The position numbers and the translations under genes are program-made. A stretch of DNA of 61,767 nucleotides from Nitrospiraceae bacterium (GTDB taxonomy: Bacteria; Nitrospirota; Nitrospiria; Nitrospirales; UBA2166), in the NCBI GenBank assembly GCA_002726235.1, contig PBSN01000001.1, positions 1-61,767 on the forward strand. Direction: 5' to 3'. Shown here piece after piece: positions 54,328 through 61,767 of this stretch. Below the pieces are notes generated by a model, which was not told the DNA's origin, searched no databases, and saw only the letters and a program-made list of their open reading frames with translations. Numbering within the stretch: position 1 is the stretch's first letter; every line of letters begins with the position of its first letter.

Positions 54328-54810
54328 TCATGGTATCGCCTCACCTGCCCTCTGAGGGAACGTTCGAATGTAGGTAATAACATACCAGGCTTGTTCTTCG
54401 TTAATCATTCCCGGACCGGTCATCTTCGGCATGGCTGTACCAGGTGATCCATTGTTAATCACCCAAAACAGTTCCCCATCAGTCCGCACTTCATGAAATT
54501 CTGGATTGGTAAAGTCACGCGGAGACGGATCGAGACCTCGATTCACTGCAACAGCGCCATCACCCTTCCCTCCAACCCCATGGCATTGACTACAAATCGC
54601 AACACCTTCGAACAACTCTTTCCCAAACCGAATATTTTCTGGGGTCGAGGCAATAGGATTGGTAAGGGTTTTGACTTCTGCGAGCAGCGCTAACGGAACA
54701 CGCGGTTGCAGAGGATCGCGCTCAGCAGCGCTAGATCCAAAAACCCCAACAAACAGCAGACTAAGGAGAATGAAAGGAAGATGGTATTTGACTAAATATA
54801 TATTTCGCAT
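54328..54810 (-). CDS. Periplasmic monoheme cytochrome c
   Basis: Signal peptide, CSQCH heme motif, distal PGTAM. Confidence 0.9.
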   Translation of the reverse strand: MRNIYLVKYHLPFILLSLLFVGVFGSSAAERDPLQPRVPLALLAEVKTLTNPIASTPENIRFGKELFEGVAICSQCHGVGGKGDGAVAVNRGLDPSPRDFTNPEFHEVRTDGELFWVINNGSPGTAMPKMTGPGMINEEQAWYVITYIRTFPQRAGEAIP

Positions 54811-54836
54811 GACATGTCACAATTGTTTCAGCTCGA

Positions 54837-55553
54837 TCACAGTTGAGGAGATTCTTCCTCTCTGAACATCACTTCGAGATCTCGAAGGTAGTTCTCCAGT
54901 TGTTCCCTGTAGGTCCCTTGATTATCTGCCTCAATCGCTTCCTGGTATGAAGCACGAGCAAGTTCAATCTCTCCAACCTTTTCATAGAGACGTCCAAACT
55001 CTTGATGGATAAGAACCATCGGCATAGCGAGGGGCACAACAAGAGAGGCATTGCGCAACGCGATCAACGCTTCGTCATATTTCTCGATCTGACTCAAAGC
55101 CCGTGCAAGATTGTAATATGCACTGTCGGATAATGGGTACCTCGGGTTTTCTAAGGCCTTCCGATATTCCTCTATGGCTTCATCCCATCGTGCTTGACGG
55201 GCATACACCGTCCCAAGATTGTTATGGGCTTCAGAGTAATCTGAATCAATACGGATGGCCTGCTTGTAATGTTCTTCTCCCGCATCAAGGCGACCACGCT
55301 TCCCATAAATGACACCGAGTTCCAAATGTGCCTCGCGATGGTTGGGGTTCAAGTCGATAGCCTGCTCAAGCAACACAATAGCTCTCTGATGATCGGTCTG
55401 CAAATAGGATCCCCCAAGTTGGTAATGTTCATTTGCCTCACGTTGCTGTTTTAATGACACCTCAGTAGCACAACCGACAAGCCCCATCAATACACAGATC
55501 CCAACAACCCCCTTCCGGAACAAATATTGCTCCCTCCTACACAACCGTATCAC
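54837..55553 (-). CDS. TPR lipoprotein (PilW/PilF-like)
   Basis: Lipobox LVGC; TPRs such as AHNNLGTVY and KALENPRY. Confidence 0.8.
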   Translation of the reverse strand: MIRLCRREQYLFRKGVVGICVLMGLVGCATEVSLKQQREANEHYQLGGSYLQTDHQRAIVLLEQAIDLNPNHREAHLELGVIYGKRGRLDAGEEHYKQAIRIDSDYSEAHNNLGTVYARQARWDEAIEEYRKALENPRYPLSDSAYYNLARALSQIEKYDEALIALRNASLVVPLAMPMVLIHQEFGRLYEKVGEIELARASYQEAIEADNQGTYREQLENYLRDLEVMFREEESPQL

Positions 55554-55555
55554 AC

Positions 55556-56458
55556 CTAAAACGTGGTGAATCGACTAAACTCAATGTATCGCTTTTTGAT
55601 GTCCTCATCAGTCAATGCCGCAAGTCGATCGACGCTGAAGGATTGGACCGCGAACGATGCCATTACGGACCCATAAACCACGGCTTGGCGAAGAGATTGC
55701 TCATCCGACGACGAAGCAGATGCCAGAAATCCCATGAAACCGCCAGCAAATGAATCCCCTGCTCCAGTCGGATCTTTGAGATCATCCAGAGGATATGCGG
55801 GCAACGCAAACATGGCATCGCCATGAAACATGGCAACTCCATATTCACCCCGCTTAATAATTAGGGTCCTCGGACCAAAACTCCGGATAATGCGTGACAC
55901 CTGTACGAGATTCCGGTTGTCGCCCAGCGCCTGTGCTTCCCCGTCATTAATGATAAGAATATCGGCTTCCTTCAATACCTTTCGAAGCGCTCCAATCTTA
56001 CCGTCAATCCAAAAATTCATGGTATCCAATGCGACAATAGAGGGACGTTGCACCTGGCTAAGCACCATCAACTGTAACTCAGGATCAATGTTCGCAAGAA
56101 ACAGTTGTGACGGAGTGCGGTATGATTCTGGAACCGTAGGACGAAATGTCTCAAACACATTCAGTTGAGTATCGAGGGTTTTGGCTTCATTCAGTTTATA
56201 CGAATACTCCCCACGCCATCGAAAGGTTCGACCGGGACGACGTTCAAGTCCGTTCAGATCAACGCGATCTCGTTGCAAAACGGCAAGATGTTCCGGAGGA
56301 AAATCTTCCCCAACAACTGCAACCAACTGCACATCCGTAAAGTAACTCGCCGCAGTGCAAAAAAATGTGGCCGAGCCTCCTAAAGCATCCGTGACCTCTC
56401 CAAACGGCGTTTTTACAGAGTCTAAGGCGACGGAGCCCACGACTAGAAGCTTACCCAT
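55556..56458 (-). CDS. PfkB family carbohydrate/nucleoside kinase
   Basis: VVGSVALD..LGGSA..DPTGAGDSFAGG; ATG overlaps the mtnP stop (TAATG). Confidence 0.92.
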   Translation of the reverse strand: MGKLLVVGSVALDSVKTPFGEVTDALGGSATFFCTAASYFTDVQLVAVVGEDFPPEHLAVLQRDRVDLNGLERRPGRTFRWRGEYSYKLNEAKTLDTQLNVFETFRPTVPESYRTPSQLFLANIDPELQLMVLSQVQRPSIVALDTMNFWIDGKIGALRKVLKEADILIINDGEAQALGDNRNLVQVSRIIRSFGPRTLIIKRGEYGVAMFHGDAMFALPAYPLDDLKDPTGAGDSFAGGFMGFLASASSSDEQSLRQAVVYGSVMASFAVQSFSVDRLAALTDEDIKKRYIEFSRFTTF

Positions 56459-57438
56459 TATTTCCTCCCACGTGATTTTGGAACCAATGCTAAGCGACGC
56501 TGAGGGCGTTTCGCAAGCCGCTTCACCCGCTGCGGTCGAGGTGGAGGCTGCGGCCCACTGTGCCGCGCCAACAGAGGAGCCAGTCGCCGCCGCGTAGTCA
56601 ATGGAACCATGTGCTGAGGTGTCACCAGCGCCATTTTGAGCGCCGACTCGCAGGGACAACTTCGATCAATCGGCAGTGAAGTCAACGCCTCACGTATGAT
56701 CTGTTTGGCACGCTCGACATTACGATGCAAAGTCTCAAGAATCGCTTCGACGGTGACCGACTCATGTGTTTCATGCCAACAGTCATAATCCGTGACCATC
56801 GCCATAGTGGAGTAGCATATCTCTGCTTCACGAGCAAGCTTCGCCTCGGGAACATTGGTCATCCCGATCACATCAACACCCCAGCGGCGATAAATAAGAG
56901 ACTCGCCTTTTGAGGAGAACTGTGGACCTTCGATGCACAAATAGGTTCCACCACGGTGAACCACCACGTCCTGCGGTCCACACGCATCTGCCAGTATGCG
57001 CGCAAGATCGGGACACACCGGGTCGGCAAAACCAACGTGGGCGACAATTCCAGGTGCGACAGGTCCCCCAAAAAACGTATTAATTCGCTGTCGCGTGTGA
57101 TCAAAAAATTGATCAGGAATAACAACCTGCCCAGGCTGAATGTCTTCCCTCATACTCCCCACTGCGCTCACAGAGAGAATCCACTCCACACCCAACTGCT
57201 TCAACGCAAAAATATTTGCACGATAATTGATATCACTGGGTGCGATACGATGACCTTGTCCGTGCCGCGAAAGAAACGCGACACGCATGCCTTCGAGTGT
57301 GCCAAGCACCAACGGACTAGAAGGCCGACCATAGGGTGTTGCGGGATTATACTCCCTGATATCTGACAGCCCGTCGATCTCGTATAGCCCGCTTCCCCCA
57401 ATAATCCCAACCGTCGTATGTATTGATCCCTTCTTCAT
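56458..57438 (-). CDS. mtnP: S-methyl-5'-thioadenosine phosphorylase
   Basis: GIIGGSGLY, RHGQGH, EGPQFS, GMTN.PEAKLAREAE, TDYDCW. Confidence 0.95.
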   Translation of the reverse strand: MKKGSIHTTVGIIGGSGLYEIDGLSDIREYNPATPYGRPSSPLVLGTLEGMRVAFLSRHGQGHRIAPSDINYRANIFALKQLGVEWILSVSAVGSMREDIQPGQVVIPDQFFDHTRQRINTFFGGPVAPGIVAHVGFADPVCPDLARILADACGPQDVVVHRGGTYLCIEGPQFSSKGESLIYRRWGVDVIGMTNVPEAKLAREAEICYSTMAMVTDYDCWHETHESVTVEAILETLHRNVERAKQIIREALTSLPIDRSCPCESALKMALVTPQHMVPLTTRRRLAPLLARHSGPQPPPRPQRVKRLAKRPQRRLALVPKSRGRK

Positions 57439-57468
57439 TATTCCTCTGCTTTCTTTAGTGAACGGTGT

Positions 57469-58416
57469 TTAGGACACCTGTGAGTAGCGAGCAACATCTC
57501 GCATGAGGTCGTCCACGATAGCATTCACAGTCTCATGGGCGGTGATTGATTTCCATATGATCGTTGGATCTTTTCGAAACCATGTCATTTGGCGTTTGGC
57601 ATATCGCCGGGTATCACGCTTCAATCGCCGCACGCCCTCAGTGAGACTCTCCTGTCCTGCTAGACATCCCATCAACTGGCGATATCCTAGTCCTGTCATC
57701 GCCGGAAGATCGGCAGGATAGTTCCGCTGCCAGAGATCCCGCACTTCTGCAACCAACCCCTTTGCTATCTGGCGATCAACACGATCTTCAATGCGCCGGT
57801 ACAACACACTCCGTTCACGTGTGAGAGCAAGCATCGTAGTCTGGAACGGCATCTCTCGAAATCCATGTTGCTCATGGATCGTGGAAAGTGGTTGATGGCA
57901 CACATGCATCACCTCGAGTGCACGAATAATTCTCACCTCGTCACGGGGATGGATCCGAGTGGCAAGACATGGATCTTGCCTCGTTAATTCCTTGTGTAAT
58001 GTTCCCTTACATTCACGTTCCAGAGCCATCAGATGATCACGAAAAGCCCAATCTGGCTGCGGGCCATCCCAAAGACCATACACAAGCGCTTTGACGTATA
58101 GTCCAGTCCCGCCGACAACTAATGCGNGTTTTCCTTTCGCATGAATCCGAGCGATGTGCTCCATCGCAAGTCGACGATATTGGCCAACACTAAACCTCTC
58201 GTCTGGATTAACAATGTCAAGGAGATGATGNGGGATGCCGGCACGTTCCTCGACAGTCAGCTTACACGTCGCAATATCAAGGCCGCGGAACACCTGCCGA
58301 GAGTCGGCATTGATAATTTCAGCGTTCAAACGCTGTGCAAGCGCCACCGCTACATGACTCTTGCCCACCGCAGTCGGACCGACAAGACACAACACCGAAG
58401 GCATATTCTCACTCAC
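57469..58416 (-). CDS. miaA: tRNA dimethylallyltransferase
   Basis: GPTAVGKS, ADSRQV, VGGTGLY, TRRYAKRQMTW. Confidence 0.96.
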   Translation of the reverse strand: MSENMPSVLCLVGPTAVGKSHVAVALAQRLNAEIINADSRQVFRGLDIATCKLTVEERAGIXHHLLDIVNPDERFSVGQYRRLAMEHIARIHAKGKXALVVGGTGLYVKALVYGLWDGPQPDWAFRDHLMALERECKGTLHKELTRQDPCLATRIHPRDEVRIIRALEVMHVCHQPLSTIHEQHGFREMPFQTTMLALTRERSVLYRRIEDRVDRQIAKGLVAEVRDLWQRNYPADLPAMTGLGYRQLMGCLAGQESLTEGVRRLKRDTRRYAKRQMTWFRKDPTIIWKSITAHETVNAIVDDLMRDVARYSQVS

Positions 58417-58436
58417 CGTTCGACTTCATTAGATCC

Positions 58437-60251
58437 TCAGATCCTTCCGAACATTCGGTCAAGTTCGGTAATCGACAATCGCATCACAATCCGCCTGCCG
58501 TGCGGACATGTCGTGGGCATCCCCGCTCCTACCCACTCGTAAACCAGGTGTTTCATCTTCTCAGGCCCTAACGTCTGATTTGCTCTGACTGCACCATGGC
58601 ACGCCATGGTTGCGAGAACATTGTTAGTTTTCTTATCCAGCGCATCACATTGACTTGGGCCTTCATACTGAACTCCATCCACAATCTCATCAGCAATCTC
58701 CACAAGAAGAACATACACGTCCGTGTGCTGGAGAAAAAAAGGAACCGCTCGAACACGAAACGCGTGTTTGCCAAACCGTTCAATCTCCAACCCCAACGCA
58801 CNAAGTTCTTCAAGATGCTGATTCAACACCTCAGATTGTGCAGGTTGAAGTTCAACCACTGGTGCAAACAAAAGGCTTTGTGTCGCAACGGAGCGAGTCC
58901 GTGCCTGCTCAACCAAGCGATCGAAGAGAACACGTTCGTGCGCAGTGTGTTGGTCAATCACCTTCAGCCCATGCCACGCTCCGATATCGACGTTGGCAAC
59001 AATATAGGTCTGGTTTAGCTGTCCCAGTGGCCGGATCTCACAGGAATCAAGGTCAGACTGCGGAGCATCAGATCCGGCGATAAGAGAGTGATCGACGCCG
59101 TTCTCTGTTGCTCCAGTCGTTGCATGAAGCGTGCCGCATTCCGCGTGTTCGGCAATCTCAGTGCGACCGACAGATCCACCCCAGCCATATCCACGTGAGA
59201 AGGATGAGGCAACGCCGGCGGATGGTAAAACGAACTGAGCTGTAGGTGATCCTAGGCCAAGACCAGATTTGAGTGCGTGAAAGATCGCATGATGAATCGC
59301 TTCCTGATCCAAAAACCGAACTTCCCGTTTTGTGGGATGCACATTCACATCAACACGTGTCGGATCGACACCCAAAGTCATGACAAACGTTGGGTGGCGG
59401 TCTTTGGGAATTCGCATGCGATAGGCTTCATAAATCGCGTGGACGACCATAGCACTCTTGATCCATCGACCATTCAAGACAATCTCTTGTGGTGTGCGCG
59501 ATGTCTTGACCTGCTCAGGATTCGAAAACATTCCCCAAATCGCAATACCGTCAAGTGTCTTCGAAATTTCAACACTTCGGTTTACAACATTTGCTCCGAA
59601 GAGCTGTAAAACCCGATCGCGCATACTGAACATTGCCGGAAAATCCGAGACGGGCTTGCCATTGTGGGTAAGTTTCAAGTGAACAGCGGGAGCACCAAGA
59701 GCTTGATTCTGAACCATGCGGCAAATATGACCGAACTCGGTCGGAGCAGTCTTCAGAAACTTTCTCCGCACCGGGGAATTGAAAAAGATATTTGAAGCCT
59801 CCACTGTGGTCCCGCAATTCAAGGCAGTATCTTCCAGTACCCCTGGAAGCCCATTCGCCAACGTCAACGCTACCCCCGTCTTCCGCCCAGCACACATTGT
59901 TTGTATCTTCATCTTCGAAACCGCGGCGATGCTGGGAAGGGCCTCTCCACGAAACCCCATCGTCTGAACGTGCCACAAATCATCAACAGTGCGGAGCTTG
60001 CTCGTCGCATGCCTCTCGAATGCCAACCGAATATTTTCTGAGGGAATTCCTTCGCCATCATCCGATACGCGAATCAACTGCTTTCCACCGTCCACAATAT
60101 CAATTGTCACCACAGTGCTACCGGCATCAACTGCATTCTCGATGAGTTCCTTCACCACCGAGCACGGTCGATCAATGAGTTCCCCAGCGGCAATCTGGCT
60201 AATCACTTCCTCACTCAACATGCCAATGATTTTTGTAGACTCTAGCGACAT
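58437..60251 (-). CDS. mutL: DNA mismatch repair endonuclease MutL
   Basis: IAAGE..VVKELIENAVDAG, GFRGEAL, DVNVHPTK, DQHTAHER, CPHGR. Confidence 0.96.
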   Translation of the reverse strand: MSLESTKIIGMLSEEVISQIAAGELIDRPCSVVKELIENAVDAGSTVVTIDIVDGGKQLIRVSDDGEGIPSENIRLAFERHATSKLRTVDDLWHVQTMGFRGEALPSIAAVSKMKIQTMCAGRKTGVALTLANGLPGVLEDTALNCGTTVEASNIFFNSPVRRKFLKTAPTEFGHICRMVQNQALGAPAVHLKLTHNGKPVSDFPAMFSMRDRVLQLFGANVVNRSVEISKTLDGIAIWGMFSNPEQVKTSRTPQEIVLNGRWIKSAMVVHAIYEAYRMRIPKDRHPTFVMTLGVDPTRVDVNVHPTKREVRFLDQEAIHHAIFHALKSGLGLGSPTAQFVLPSAGVASSFSRGYGWGGSVGRTEIAEHAECGTLHATTGATENGVDHSLIAGSDAPQSDLDSCEIRPLGQLNQTYIVANVDIGAWHGLKVIDQHTAHERVLFDRLVEQARTRSVATQSLLFAPVVELQPAQSEVLNQHLEELXALGLEIERFGKHAFRVRAVPFFLQHTDVYVLLVEIADEIVDGVQYEGPSQCDALDKKTNNVLATMACHGAVRANQTLGPEKMKHLVYEWVGAGMPTTCPHGRRIVMRLSITELDRMFGRI

Positions 60252-60258
60252 CGGTTGC

Positions 60259-61146
60259 TCACTGACTGATATCGGGCAATCTCTGCCTCGCCAGCTTCGC
60301 CTCCCTCGTCCGCGGATGACGCTCAATTAACCGCAGCAAGACTGACCGTGCCTGAACTGCGTCTCCCACCTCATCATAGAGATACGATAGTTTCCACATC
60401 CCTAGTGCGCCATTCGAGTGTTGGGGGAAGGCCTCTACCAGCCTCTCATACGCAGCAATCGCCCTGACGCAATCACCCTTTCGAAAATATGCGGTTCCCA
60501 CAAGATACTGTACATCAACGGCCCTCGGTGCATTGGAAAACCGCTGTTGAAACGCCTCAAAACCATGAATCGCACTGTCATAGTCACCTACTTGGTAGTC
60601 CTGGTATGCAACCTCAAATAATTCCCGAGACGAGAGCTCCGTCTGATTATCAGTTACGTTACCTGAGGGGCCAAAAGCTTGAATGTCAGGTTCCCTCTCG
60701 GGCATATCCGATGACACACATGATGTGGTCCCCGCCCCATGATCAGAAGATGTCTCTAGATCTCCAGCAGTTCCTTCCGCCACCATCCCAGTCTCCACAC
60801 CTGCAACACCAGACGTGCTTCGCCGCATCCCGTCTTCATGGTCACGCCGCAAGTCGGTAAGTACTTTCTCCATTTCTTCGAACTTGACACTCAACTCATC
60901 TAGACGTGATCTTAAATATCGCGGACTGGCTTTCTTCTGTTGCGCCATGACATTGCCTACAGCTTTCTTCAACTCCACAACTTGCGATTTCAGCTCATCC
61001 TGTTGCGTTTTCACATCGTCCGCTTTGTCCACCAACTCAACGACATCTGCTGTGGTCGCAAAGCAACCTGTTATCGCTAAACTCGCCGCAAAGAGTAACA
61101 CGCCTCGATACACGCCATGCAAACAACGGACTCTAGTCATTACCAT
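60259..61146 (-). CDS. cpoB: Tol-Pal associated CpoB/YbgF-like lipoprotein (coiled coil plus TPR)
   Basis: Lipobox ITGC, coiled coil, C-terminal TPRs (AY.DY..GDY..AI..F..F); start approximate. Confidence 0.75.
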   Translation of the reverse strand: MVMTRVRCLHGVYRGVLLFAASLAITGCFATTADVVELVDKADDVKTQQDELKSQVVELKKAVGNVMAQQKKASPRYLRSRLDELSVKFEEMEKVLTDLRRDHEDGMRRSTSGVAGVETGMVAEGTAGDLETSSDHGAGTTSCVSSDMPEREPDIQAFGPSGNVTDNQTELSSRELFEVAYQDYQVGDYDSAIHGFEAFQQRFSNAPRAVDVQYLVGTAYFRKGDCVRAIAAYERLVEAFPQHSNGALGMWKLSYLYDEVGDAVQARSVLLRLIERHPRTREAKLARQRLPDISQ

Positions 61147-61159
61147 TCCCGCAAACGCC

Positions 61160-61767
61160 TTATCGCGCTGATGCGCCCGATTCAACACGCGGCGCATTCT
61201 GTTCAATAAATCGAGTTAACTCATTAATACGCGTCACGGTTGCAACCCCCTGAGCTTCCATTTTATCAACGGCCGCCGATATTGGCGCAAACTGTTGCCC
61301 AAGCTGCTTCACCACTCGGTCAAATCCCACCAAGCTTTCCCGCAATTTTTCCAGCTGAGCAGCAGTGGCAGTTCGCTCCACCGCTTGCTGCTTTGCCAAC
61401 TCCTCCGTCCGCGTTTCCATCCAGCCCTGCATCGCCTGGACCTGCGCCGACACCGACTGAATCCGCGCATCCCCCTGGACCCCCTGTTCACTCACCTCTG
61501 TCGCAAACTGTTGCCCAAGCTGCTTCACCACTCGGTCAAAATCCATCAGGCTTTTCCGCAACTCCGCAAAGCGTCGAGTGGTCATCTCATTATCCATTGT
61601 GTCCTGCTTTGCCAACTCCTCCGTCCGCGTTTCCATCCAGCCCTGCATTTCCTGGACCTGCGCCGACACCGACTGGATCCGCGCATCCCCCTGGACCCCC
61701 TGTTCACTCACCTCTGTCGCAAACTGTTGCCCAAGCTGCTTCACCACTCGGTCAAAATCCATCAGGC
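61160..61767 (-). CDS. Coiled-coil repeat protein, 3' part (5' end beyond the window)
   Basis: Frame open to the window edge; 72-aa repeats. Confidence 0.7.
   Translation of the reverse strand, partial: LMDFDRVVKQLGQQFATEVSEQGVQGDARIQSVSAQVQEMQGWMETRTEELAKQDTMDNEMTTRRFAELRKSLMDFDRVVKQLGQQFATEVSEQGVQGDARIQSVSAQVQAMQGWMETRTEELAKQQAVERTATAAQLEKLRESLVGFDRVVKQLGQQFAPISAAVDKMEAQGVATVTRINELTRFIEQNAPRVESGASAR
61287..61767. repeat. 216-bp intragenic tandem repeat (at least 2.2 copies)
   Basis: GCAAACTGTTGCCCAAGCTGCTTCACCACTCGGTCAAA starts at 61287, 61503 and 61719. Confidence 0.93.

Noticed and set aside
61287..61767. CRISPR-like repeat/spacer pattern
   Set aside because: The period is 216 bp and in frame within a protein, and no cas genes are present

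Overview
Bacterial chromosomal window, most consistent with an uncultured, probably marine or halotolerant member of the Nitrospirota. This is inferred from gene content and order (thiC-thi4, cpoB-mutL-miaA-mtnP-pfkB, a Nitrospira-style cytochrome c) and needs a 16S search to confirm. The window starts in the 5' half of a minus-strand 16S rRNA gene. It then holds a glycine-betaine module (GSMT-SDMT fusion plus BCCT transporter), tRNA-Gly(CCC), an ankyrin protein, msrB, an M1-M28-PDZ peptidase, an RRM protein and a TPP-riboswitch thiC-thi4 operon. After tRNA-Arg(UCG) comes an accessory-looking region (about 19.5-44 kb) with a flavoprotein-NeuB fusion, three Sel1 paralogs, a YVTN lipoprotein, a low-GC TylF-like gene and many small genes. 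It is followed by a DnaA-box-rich gap between convergent genes, an archaeal-type purM, a USP-USP-PCP_red/rubredoxin multidomain protein, a four-lipoprotein operon and core genes ending in a 216-bp tandem-repeat ORF. No CRISPR array, integrase or transposase was seen. Scattered N bases suggest a consensus or metagenomic assembly. All family calls come from motif recognition by eye, not database searches.
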